DNA of 64,000 bases from Octopus vulgaris (taxonomy: Eukaryota), in NCBI GenBank assembly GCA_951406725.2, contig OX597826.1:61194001-61258000 (forward strand). Direction: 5' to 3'. The notes beneath the pieces are model-generated. The model did not search any database, was not told the DNA's origin, and saw only the letters and a list, made by a program, of their open reading frames with translations. This document shows positions 53,512 through 64,000 of this stretch, piece after piece. The position numbers and the translations under genes were made by a program. How positions within the stretch are numbered: the stretch's first letter is position 1; every line of letters starts with the position of its first letter.

Positions 53512-53703
53512 CTTCATCATACAGATTGAATGGAAGATGTCTTTTCTGTCTTTCACTGTTACTTCATATGGTATGTCCAGTGGTGGAGGCAGGTGCCCAC
53601 CAAATGTCATGTCCCCATCATCCTGCTTGCTTAAGCGCCTCATTTTCTTGAAGTCGTCTCCACTGGTTTCCTTCAAATCAATCGGTATTGCTCGAACTTC
53701 CAC
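53512..53703 (-). CDS. MYCBP2: MYCBP2 exon: VEVRAIPIDLKE...DMTFGGHLPPPLDIPYE...SICMMK
   Basis: Matches VEVKAVP...DMTYGG...ITMMK; AAG acceptor, gtatgg donor; phase 0 to 0. Confidence 0.93.
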
Positions 53704-53834
53704 CTTCAAATTCAATCAAAATCACAGGATGTGAATTAATATAAACACAATCAGTTTATAAGGGGGTTTGGTAGAGACAGTTCACACCACATCTGCATTG
53801 CGTGGTTTACATTCTGACAAGAAATGCTGTTTTA

Positions 53835-54420
53835 ACTTATGAGTTGTGTCGCAGAACAGTATGATGCGTTGTTGTAGGGAGATGAGGTGTGACGTTCTGT
53901 TGTGGTATGTTATGCTGCTGTATATAGTGTTGTGTGGTGTTGCAAGCTGAGAGATGTTGGGAGCTGTATGGTGTTGGGAGCTGTAGCGTGTGGTGGGTCA
54001 CTGCAAGTGTTGGGGCGTTGTGAGCAGTAGGGTGCTGCAAGTTGGGGATGTTGCGAGTGGTGGGGTGTTGCAAGTGGTGAGGTGTTGTGAGTTGTGGGTC
54101 TGAGTACTTGGGTCTTGCTAACTGGGAAATTGCAAGCCATGGCACGATGCAAGCCAAGGCATGTTGCAAGTCGTGGCATGTCACAAGCTGTGTCATGTCA
54201 CGAGCCATGGCATGTCATGTCACGAGCCGTGGAGTGTCATGTTGCGAGCCATGACATGTCATGTCGCAAGCCATGGCATGTCATGTCACAAGTCGTGGCG
54301 TATCATGTCGCGAGTCGTGGCGTATCATGTCGCAAGCAATGACGTATCATGAGCTGTGGCATGTCGCGAGCCATGGTGTGCTATGAGCTGTGGTGTGTTG
54401 TCAAAAAGAGACATGGTGTG
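53835..54420. repeat. Degenerate minisatellite (tgtcatgtcgcgagccatggca-like)
   Basis: Tandem units. Confidence 0.8.
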
Positions 54421-54756
54421 ATATAGTATATTGTTGTAGTGTGATGCAGTAAGGTGCAGAGAAGTGCTGTTTGGCCCCAGGACAGCCCTGTTCTAGCAGA
54501 CCTATGATCAAAGGTATTCTACTGCAACCACTATGCCTCTAAGAGTATCTAGGACTATATTATCTATGTCCTTCTCATATTTAAGACAATGAGATATTCC
54601 ATGAAGATTTAACTATTACTTATAGCAGATCAGGCAACCACAAGACCTCCACATCAAACTGTCATGATGTACTTCTTTATTGTAAAACATGTGAGTAGTA
54701 GGGGCAAGTTATTGTCCTGCATGGATCAAGAGGACAGTGCTAAGGAGTGAGCTTAC

Positions 54757-54901
54757 CTTGAGGTTAGGTACATGTACCACCTGCCCATACTGGTCTTTGG
54801 TGAGGACAGTGAGAATGGCAGGCCAGCTGCACTTCAACTCTTCCTTATTGTAGATCACCTCACACTGACGCGGGTCCACATAAGAGTCTGGTTGTAGCCA
54901 A
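54757..54901 (-). CDS. MYCBP2: MYCBP2 exon: WLQPDSYVDPRQCEVIYNKEELKCSWPAILTVLTKDQYGQVVHVPNLK
   Basis: Matches WLQPDSYADP...TKDQYGDVVHVPNMK (start of filamin-like region); phase 2 to 0. Confidence 0.97.
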
Positions 54902-55079
54902 CTGGAAGAACATAAAAGACAACAATATTATCATCAAACAGGACAACATCATGGTGGGAGGGCAGAGATGTTGAGGTGAGAGGACAGAGGGGAGGCAAGA
55001 GTCATTGTGGGGGAAGAGGAGCAGTGGAAGAAAGAATGAGAGGAAGGAAAAGCAGGAGAGAGGAATGTGGATGGCAGAG

Positions 55080-55420
55080 TAAGGATGAGAGCAGAACAAA
55101 GAGTAGAGAAAAGGCGAGAGTGAGAGAGAGGAGGTAGAGAGAGAGAGAGAGAAGGCAGAGAGAGAGAAAATAAAGAGAGAGAGAGAGGAGGCAGAGAGAG
55201 AGAAGCGGCTGAGAGAGGGAGAGGAGGAGTTAAAGGGGAGGAGGCAGAGAGAGAGGAGAAAGCAGAGAGAGAGGAGAAGGCAGAGAGAAAGAGAGGAGGA
55301 GGCAGAGAGAAAGAGAGGAGGAGGCAGAGAGAGAGAGAAAGAGAGGAGGAAGAAAAGAGAAGAGAGAGAGAAAGAGAGGAGGAAGAAAAGAGAAGAGAGG
55401 AATGGTGAGGGTAGGAAGAA
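55080..55420. repeat. GA-rich low-complexity tract
   Basis: Purine-rich microsatellite. Confidence 0.95.
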
Positions 55421-55444
55421 GTGTGAGATTCTAGTAAGACTTAC

Positions 55445-55617
55445 CGTGCCAAACGTCCACCACTGGTTCCAGGTTTGCAGGCAACGAAGTCCTTCAGGAA
55501 CGACCTCTCATTTGATTGCCAGCTGAAGGGAAGGTTACCCTCCAGGGCCTGCATTATAGTTGGAGGGTGGGAGAGTGCAAATCCTTTATCTAGGAGGGTT
55601 GAATGAGCATTGAATAC
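55445..55617 (-). CDS. MYCBP2: MYCBP2 exon: VFNAHSTLLDKGFALSHPPTIMQALEGNLP...GTSGGRLAR
   Basis: Matches KGLALSHSPTILEALEGNLP...SGGRLAR; phase 0 to 2. Confidence 0.97.
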
Positions 55618-56007
55618 CTGTGAAAGAAACAAATAACAACATCATTATCATCACCAATAGGTGTGCACCGTAGTAGAATTGTCTGCTTGAATACATGTCT
55701 ATGATCATCACTTGCCACCATTACAATCATTTTAAGTCTGCTTTCGATGCTGGCATGGTAGACACACACAGACAGATATATTGGAATGGTGGATTTCAAA
55801 GAAGACAAATCTATAAAAAATGGTGTGTAAATATTGCAATGGAAAAATAAAATGTTACAAAGAAAAATAAAAATTCAACACACACACATACATATATATA
55901 TAAAACTATTAGTAGCTCATAAAAATATATACCATGTTTATTAAATAGCACTTATCTCTCAAAAGATGGAGTACTTGATGATGAAGAGTGTGGTTTTACA
56001 TATATAT

Positions 56008-56040
<33 letters not shown>

Positions 56041-57481
56041 GGCATATGGCTCAGTGGTCAGGCCGTAAAGCTTACGACCGTGAGGTTGTGAGTTTGATTC
56101 CCGCACTGGGCTGTGAGTTGTTATTGCTCCAGTTAACTCCAGTTAACTCAGCGGTAGAAATGAGTTGCAATATCACTGGTGCCAAGCTGCATTTGCTTTT
56201 GCCTTTCCCTTGGATAACACTGGTGGTGTGGAGAGGGGAGGCTGGTATGCATGGATGACTGCTGGCCTTCCACAAACAATATTGCCCTGAGTTGTGCCTC
56301 AGAGGGTAACTTTCTAGCTGCAATCGCATGGTTGTTCATGACCGAAGGGGGTTTCCTCCATATATATCATCACGATCATCATCATTTAACGTCCGCTTTC
56401 CATGGGTTGGACGATTTGACTGAGGACTGGCGAACCAGATGGCTGCACCAGGCTCCAATCTGATCTGGAAGAGTTTCTACAGCTGGATGCCCTTCCTAAT
56501 GCCAACCACTCCGAGAGTGTAGTGGGTGCTTTTACGTGCCACCAGCACGAGGGCCAGTCTGGTGGTACTGGCAACGGCCATGCTCAAATGGTGCTTTTTA
56601 CATGCCACCTGCACAGGAGTCAGTCAAGCGGCATAGGCAACGACCTCGCTCGAATGTTTTGTTCACGTGCTACCGGCACAAGTGCCAGTAAGGCAATGCA
56701 GGTAACAATCACATGCAGGTAATATATTCATATATATATATATATATATCGCCCAAGCAAAACATAGTTCTCCAACCACTCGAGGAGACCAATAAATCTG
56801 AATAAGAACTGACGCAGACTGTAAAAATCAATCCAGGCTAATGCAAAGGTGGAAATTAGACATAAAATAATGATGATGATGAGGGCTTATTCAAATGGAA
56901 TGCAAGAGAACTGTGACTCTGAAATTTTGCCAGCAAAGACCCAGCAGACAGTATGAATGCAATTGGAATGGCTTCGATCACAGCTAACCTGAGACTAACT
57001 ACTAAAGCATTAAAAACTCTAATATGGTTCATGTATTTTTATTACAAAACATAATTTAAACACATCAATCATCATCATCGTTTAACATCCGCCTTCCATG
57101 TTGGCATGGGTGGGACAATATGCTTTCTTATTGGAAGGCTGCGAGTTGGCAGAAACATTAGCAAGCTGGGTGAAATGCTTAGCTGTATTTCAACTGTCTT
57201 TACATTCTGAGTTCAAATTCCACTGAGATCAACTTTGTTTTTCATCCTTTTGGGGAGGTTGATAAATTAAGTACCAGTTGCATACTGAGGTTGATCTAAT
57301 TGAGTGATCCCACCTCCCCCAAAATTTTGGGCCTTGTGCCTAGAGTAGAAAAGAATATGCTTTCATATTAATTAATGCACTGAGTAATTAGCTTGCTGCC
57401 TTGGGTGTTACACAATTGAAAGGGTATTCATTTATAATGGTGTAAAATAGTTTTAAAAAACAAAAAGAAAAAAGTACTCAC

Positions 57482-57534
57482 CAACTGAGCCCCTTCTTCT
57501 ACAGAGTCTAAATCTTCATCAATATCTTCAGCTC
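57482..57534 (-). CDS. MYCBP2: MYCBP2 exon: GAEDIDEDLDSVEEGAQL
   Basis: tttag/gtgagt boundaries, phase 1 to 0; matches ELEEDLEILEEAALQ. Confidence 0.92.
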
Positions 57535-57594
57535 CTAAACAAATACAAAAAAAATATGTGTTATATATGTGCCTATACGCAAATGCACATGTAC

Positions 57595-57640
<46 letters not shown>

Positions 57641-57865
57641 CATCTAAGTATGCATAAATCAGAAAAAATGTGCACTCATATTTGTCAGTAGAGTGGGTAT
57701 ATTTAAACAAATTATACAGTATTATGTATCCATTATGGTCAATGTTACCAATCAGTTTCACACTGAAAGTTTAATGGAGTATTAGGTAACAAACCAGTTA
57801 TGTAACTCTATGCTCCTCAGAGGTAGTAGTTATGGAATGAAATATGGCAACTGCTCCATTCAATA

Positions 57866-57966
57866 ACTGCCATCTCTGAAGAGCACAGGATTACATAATC
57901 AGACTGTTACCTGACACTCCACTGAACCCCTAGTGCAAAACCAATCATTAAGATCAACCGTAATGG
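57866..57966 (+). ncRNA. Decayed hammerhead copy (GAAA mutated to AAAA)
   Basis: Homologous to 25478-25585; CUGAAGA and the gcac/gtgc stem II are retained, catalytic G12 is lost. Confidence 0.6.
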
Positions 57967-58969
57967 ATATATGATACTGTATGCTTCAATTAATATCTAT
58001 ACACAGTCTGAAGGCTGACAGCCAATATTTGCAAAACAAGTCAATGCACACACACTTGTAAACTCAAAATATTCAAGTAATATATTTGAGCCAACTAAAC
58101 AACATAATTCTCAGCAACTCTTATTTAGCTCACATATAAATATAAAAATGAACATTTTCGCAATTTCAACAAGAAAGTATTCTGAGAGACATCTTTCAAT
58201 AATAAAATAAAACAAGAGCAACAGCGACAACAACAATAGAAAGGAATTTCTTTGGCTACATCACTCTGATATCATTTCAGATGCTAGCACAGAGGGGGAC
58301 ATACTGGAAATCTGTATTGTCAAATTTTCGCCCTTTGCAATAAGCAAGCCAGTCAACATAAACAATTCAATCTGCAAATGAAGATGCTATTTTTGTGCTC
58401 ACTCCTACTATGCTTGTTCTATTAAAAGAACTAAACTTACAAGTGCAAAAAAAAAATGCTGAACCATTTTCACAAACATATCCGTCGAAGTGAGTCACAA
58501 TAAATTAAAAAATATTTTTGTTGTTTTTGTAAAATCTCAGAAAATAATTAAAAATTCACATTTTTTATCAAATTATTTTGTTATATTTGTCTATCTATCC
58601 AACTGTAAACATTTTAAATATTTCACTAACTTTTTGTTATAACTTGGTGAAAGGGTACATATATTGCCAAAAATTGCCAAATTTGTTCCCACAGGACACA
58701 TAACAAGGACACATAAAAACCTGGAATAACTCTACTGAATCAAGTTAAAGAATTTGTCCTTTTCTTCATAAAATATAAAAAAAAAAAAACTACCAACTAA
58801 TATATCACATGATCTGAACTGAAACTAAAATTTTTACCATTGTCCTCATGTCAAATTTATCAAGCTCACGCAATGACCTGAGCATTTGAGTATTGAGTTC
58901 TTTAAGAAGAGAATATTGTGAACAGTTTTACAAGGAAAAGGAAGACAAAGAATTGAGTTGTGCTCTTAC

Positions 58970-59057
58970 CTGCAGGAAGTGTCAGGTCTTTTCTCATTAA
59001 GGCGGAGGCACACATACCACCAAGGAAAGATAATTCTCTCTCCAAGTGGAACACAGC
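58970..59057 (-). CDS. MYCBP2: MYCBP2 exon: AVFHLERELSFLGGMCASALMRKDLTLPA
   Basis: Matches LEKELANLGGVCAAALMKKDLALP; phase 0 to 1. Confidence 0.95.
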
Positions 59058-59237
59058 CTGAAACAATAAAGATATCTAAGTGAATCACCATGCATAACTG
59101 TGTGGTTAAGAAGTTTTTGTTTTGCAACTAATGGGCTTTTGGGTTTCATATCACTGACAGGACACCTAAGGTAATGGTCTTCAACTACAGCCTCAGAGTG
59201 AACAGTTATTTCTGAGTGGAACCTTGTAGATATCATA

Positions 59238-59287
<50 letters not shown>

Positions 59288-59971
59288 TTGCTCATTAAGG
59301 CCAGTTTTCCGGTTTCCTTGGCATATAGATTCCCCACCTGGATGGGACGCTGGTCCGTCACAGGTGAGCTGCAAGATGCAAGAAGAAAGAGTGAGAGAAA
59401 GTTGTGGCGAAAGAGACAGCAGAAGTTCGCTATTACCTTCTGCCTAAGCACTGAACTCATAACCTTAAGAGCTCAATCAAATACCATAATACAATTTTCA
59501 TCCAACTCTAATGATTCTGCTAATTCACCAGCCTAATCATTACAACTACTACTACTAACAACAACAACAACAATTTCAAATTTTGGTGCAAGGTCAGTAC
59601 TTTTAGGGGGAGTAGGTCAGTCGATTATATCAACTGGTAGTAATTTTATCAACCCCAAAAGGATGAAAGACAAAGCTGACTTAGACAGAATTTGAACTCA
59701 GGAGATAAAGAACCAGAAGAAATTCTGCTAAGCACCTTGCCCATCACACTGACAGTTCTGCTAGATCGTCATCTTAGTGATCATAATAATTACAATCATT
59801 ATAATCATCTGCAAAGGCCACACATGTATGAAGGTGAGAAAAGTATAGTGAATTGAACTAATTTCTATTATATTACAGGTATTTAGACCATCGGTGTCTG
59901 AGGGATGAAACATCCTTTCCTGTATAGCAACAACATCAACAATAGATAATACTACATCAGGATATACTTAC

Positions 59972-60090
59972 TTCTTCAGGTTTACTACTCCATTCATAGC
60001 CTGTTACCATACACTTGAAGCCAAAGAAGCAAGCCTTCTCATCTTTAACATAATCCGAGGCACTTTCCAGTGAAAAAGTTACTTCATTCC
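59972..60090 (-). CDS. MYCBP2: MYCBP2 exon: GNEVTFSLESASDYVKDEKACFFGFKCMVTGYEWSSKPEE
   Basis: Matches GNEALFSLETASDYVKDDKASFYGFKC; ag/gtaagt boundaries; phase 1 to 0. Confidence 0.97.
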
Positions 60091-60282
60091 CTGTTAAAAA
60101 CGAAAGGTAGTTAAAAAGACATCAACAATATCACCATCAGCACCAATATTAATAAGAACATCAATTCAACTTCAGTAATGAGTGTACAATATTTCTCCAG
60201 TTATTATATGAGCATAAACACTTTACTCTTCATTAAACTGATAGGAAAACAGCAAATAATCAACCATCACAACCACAATTTC

Positions 60283-60654
60283 ATCAACATTCGAGCTTTG
60301 GTGTTGGAGAAGACTTTTGCGGATTCCATGGACAGCGGAGGCTCACCAATGGAGAAGTTTTTAAGCAGATAAGGCCGAAAATGTCGCTGGAAGCCGGGAT
60401 CACCAAGCGTAGATTGGCATATTTCGGTCATATTATGCGGAGAGAATCCCTGGAGAAGGACATCATGCTCGGAATGGTCAGTGGCAAGAGAAGAAGAGAC
60501 CGACCAAGAACCCGCTGGCTTGACACCATCAGGAGTGATACCGGAATGGACATGGCCAGTCTGAAGGAAGCGGCCCAGGATAGAACTGACTGAAGGACAC
60601 TGATCCAACGAGTGATTGAAAAGTCGACTTCGACTGAGCGGATAGAGAGAGAGA
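60283..60654 (+). mobile_element. 3' fragment of an RTE (BovB-like) LINE
   Basis: FELWCWRRLLRIPWTA...LAYFGHIMRRESLEKDIMLGMVSGKRRRDRPRTRWLD; frameshift and stop; (GA)n tail. Confidence 0.9.
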
Positions 60655-61315
60655 ACTGTGACCTCTCTTTTATTCTCCTACCTCTACTACAACAGTTACT
60701 GCCCATCATTGTCATCTTCCACTGTAAGTAGCTCTCTCTCTCTCTCTCTCTCTCTCAACATCTCACTTCCACCAACATATCCTGTTTTAATGAGCCAGCA
60801 TGGGAAAAATAATAGCCAGATTCCTCTGTCAAATGTAATGCTTATTCATTCACACTGTTTTGAATTAATCATGTATTATCTTGTAGTTTCAGTATTTCAA
60901 TGATGGGATCATTTATTTTAGAAAGACATTATAGGGTGGATGTAAGAGACCAGATTTGGTTGGTTTGAACATAGAACAGAATATTTGGGCTGAATGTGAC
61001 TGGTTTAAATCATATTCTTCTGTCTTTAAAAAGGAAGGACACATTGAACAATGTCTTAGATATACAAAAAGACATAATGGTCACGGTTAGAATGCCTTTA
61101 TTTTGAAATCTACTTGCAACAAAGGAGTCTAACTTGACCTGTTAGAAATAACATTTTAGACATATACCATGGAAAGGTCATGACCAGAATGTCTTAGACA
61201 CTAATTCTGCAAATGTGTGCATATGCATGAGAGCAGTAGTAGTGTGTGTACGTGAATGGATGACAAATAAACTGGCCAAGTGAAAAGGTATATATGTGTG
61301 TATCTATGTATGTAT

Positions 61316-61355
<40 letters not shown>

Positions 61356-61362
61356 AACTGAC

Positions 61363-61597
61363 CAGGTAAAACGACAGCAGCTTTTGGCCAGTTGTTGCCA
61401 TGGAATTTCTTCAGAACTGGCCATAACACCGATGTTGATTGTTGCTCTTCCTCCTCTTCTTGGCCGGTCAGTGGACAAAGACTGTTTTCTTTGACCCGAC
61501 TTGGGATGTACAGTTGCAGAGTGTCCTCAGCCTGTGCGGTGCCACACTGTACATCAAATTCCAGCACCATCCATCGGACGGTGCTTGGGAAGCACAC
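61363..61597 (-). CDS. MYCBP2: MYCBP2 exon: VCFPSTVRWMVLEFDVQCGTAQAEDTLQLYIP...WPKAAVVLPG
   Basis: Matches recalled human VTFPECVRWMTIEFDPQCGTAQSEDVLRLLIP; phase 0 to 1. Confidence 0.97.
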
Positions 61598-62881
61598 CTG
61601 AAAAGAATTACACATGATGTTAACAATTCCAATTGATTTAATTAAACAGAGAAAACAATTAGCTGCTTGAATATTACCAGAGTGGACAATGTACTGAACT
61701 ACAAAAACAAGAAATGTAAGTTCAAGGTCCTTGGCAGGTGGTTTTGCTGAACAGAACAATTTATTGCCTCAGATCATATGAAAACACACCAGACAACTGA
61801 CACATGAGTAACACACCAACACAACCACACTCCTGCAGAGTGGACAGTAATACACTGACACAAAGCTTAGTGGTTGGCATTAGGAAGGGCATCCAGCAGT
61901 AGAAACTCTGCCAGATCAGATTGGAGCCTGGTGCAACCATCTGGCTCACTAGTCCCCAGTCAAATTGTCCAACCCATGCCAGCATGGAAAGCGGACGTTA
62001 AACGATGATGATGATGATGATGAAGGTGCCAATGAAGATTTAGTTTCCTATCCAGGGAGAGAGACTCATCCTACATCCACTTCATACTTGGAAACATTAA
62101 GTATGTATTGTCCCTCAAAAATCTAGGTCTACTTACAAGATACCTGTACTTGAACTTGTGTGTGAGTTTTGCAAGTCTCTAGGTAGTTTCCTTTGATGTT
62201 TTTTCAAATTTGCAGATGTTCCTTTTAGTTTACCCCACCCCACCCCACTAGTCCCCTTCACCAGTAACATTTGTTACCTCAACCCCGTCACTTTTACAAA
62301 TCCATATGTATTTATCCTCCAAAATGTATGTGTGTGTGTGGTGACCTATTAGAAATAGCAGCTAAATTACTCTCAAGTCACCTCACTCTACCACCTTAAA
62401 AAAAAAAAAGATACATTGAATAATACAGTGTGGGGGTGAAGTCATGATTGGAATGCTTTGGTCATCGATCTGCTGCATGCAATCATCATCATCATTGTTC
62501 GACCGTGGTCGAGACTTTCATAGTCTTTTCAAATGGCTAATAATGTGTGCACGCGCCACTACTACACACATTGGAAAGCATTGTACAACCAAGTACTAAA
62601 GAAGATCTTTCCTCCTCCATGAAACAAAGCTGTTCCTGCTGGACGTCAACCCAGTATTTCTAAGCTACGGACCGAGTGATTTATTGTAAGGTTATCTCCC
62701 TAGATAGATTGCCTTCACTACGGCTAAGGAGCCCTTTCTACCCCATGCAAACTGGCACAGGGCTAAACAAAAACAATCTCTGCTTCATCATGGGTTTTGT
62801 TCAATCAGGGCTGACCCGAGATTCAGTAAACAACAACAACAACAACAACAACAAAAATAGAGGTAAGTGGCATATGGTCAC

Positions 62882-63079
62882 CTTGTAATTTGCCACAGTA
62901 GCTGGTTTGTAAGGATGGTCACTTTCAATGAGACAATAATGCTGATTGGTACCACAGGTGTCAGATTCTGATAACATTCCATCTTGATGGCCAGCGTAGG
63001 ATGTGAGCACATTCTGGCTGTTTAAGGCTACGACTGCAGGTAACACATCATGGATCAGTCCTAATATCTGTACAGCACC
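62882..63079 (-). CDS. MYCBP2: MYCBP2 exon: GAVQILGLIHDVLPAVVALNS...HYCLIESDHPYKPATVANYK
   Basis: AG/GT boundaries, phase 0 to 0; ESxHPYKP motif typical of PHR proteins. Confidence 0.95.
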
Positions 63080-63084
63080 CTGTC

Positions 63085-63700
63085 AATGGAGAGAGAGAGA
63101 GATATATAGATAGGTAAATGGTAAAATGATGATAGTGGAGGGAGAGGGAATAAAAGGAGGAGGGAAGAAGTGACGGAGAACAACAGAGGAAGAGTGATAG
63201 GCAGAGTATGTGAGAGAGAGAGAGAGAGACAGAGATGGGGTGGGAGACAGTGACAGGCAGAGTGTAACAGAGAGCAACATAGAGAGAGAGCAACAAAGAG
63301 AGAGAGGGCAACAAAGAGAGAGAGAGAGAGAGAGCAACAGAGAGAGAGAGGGAGAGAGCAACAGAGAGAGAGAGAAAGAGAAAGAGAGAGAACAGAGAGA
63401 GAGAGAGAGAAAGCAATAGAGAGAAAGAGAGAGCAACAGAGAGAGAGAGAGAGAAAGCAATAGAGAGAGAGGGAGAGAGCAACAGAGAGATAGAGAAAGA
63501 GAAAGAGAGAGCAACAGAGAGAGAGAGAGAGAAAGCAATAGAGAGAAAGAGAGAGCAACAGAGAGAGAGAGAGAGAGAGCAACATGTGGAATGACAGACA
63601 GAGAGCAACAGAGAGTGAGAGACAGAGAGTGAAAGAGTGAGAGGAGAAGGAGAAAGAGACAAAGAAAGATAGCAATAGCAATAGAGAAAGAGAAACAGTT
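63085..63700. repeat. GA/gcaaca low-complexity tract
   Basis: Purine-rich microsatellite; explains the long poly-SL ORFs. Confidence 0.95.
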
Positions 63701-63804
63701 AAAGAAGGGAACTGGAAAAAGCAGTAGAGAAAGAAAACAAAAGATGAAGTGATCAGTAGGTGGATTTGAAAGAGACAGAAATACTTGGAATGTATTGAGC
63801 TTAC

Positions 63805-63905
63805 CCTTGGGTCTTGTGTGGCAACAGGTCCAATGTAGGCCAATACCAAAGGTAACAATGATGAAAACATTGGAGATTCACCCAAAATTTCTTTCGCTTC
63901 TTCAG
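63805..63905 (-). CDS. MYCBP2: MYCBP2/Highwire exon (first in window): EEAKEILGESPMFSSLLPLVLAYIGPVATQDPR
   Basis: ttcttgtag acceptor, gtaag donor, phase 1 to 0; resembles SLLPLIIAHIGPVA of vertebrate MYCBP2. Confidence 0.9.
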
Positions 63906-64000
63906 CTACAAGAAAAACAAAAGACATACTGAATAGAGAAAGAGGAAGAACTACAAATGGACAGTCCAAATTATACAATGAAGATGTATCTACAAATTCA

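Noticed and set aside
63048-63978. Long ORFs of 151-305 aa rich in S and L
   Set aside because: Translations of the CT/GA microsatellite; only 63805-63905 and 62882-63079 are real exons.

Overview
AT-rich, microsatellite- and SINE-dense animal genomic DNA; the repeat repertoire suggests an octopus or other coleoid cephalopod (inference). The whole window lies inside one large minus-strand gene, the PHR-family E3 ubiquitin ligase MYCBP2 (PAM/Highwire/RPM-1). I traced 19 exons with GT-AG boundaries and matching phases (3388 nt, about 1128 codons) from 63905 down to 1923; the start and stop codons lie outside the window. The long introns in the disordered central region (43266 to 1923) hold several frame-compatible candidate alternative exons: a recursive-splice-type exon (TACTAAC...TTTTCAG|GTAAGA), a 15-nt microexon, a hydrophobic transmembrane-like exon and a candidate mutually exclusive exon. 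Introns also contain several Penelope-type type I hammerhead ribozyme motifs (one with a fully intact core at 36533-36640), a pre-miRNA-sized hairpin, long foldbacks, a decayed DD37D (maT) transposon, piggyBac-type MITEs, two Helitrons, RTE and Penelope fragments, and at least five SINE-like families. Nearly all ORFs in the supplied track are microsatellite or SINE artefacts. All calls come from reading the sequence by eye; no searches were run.
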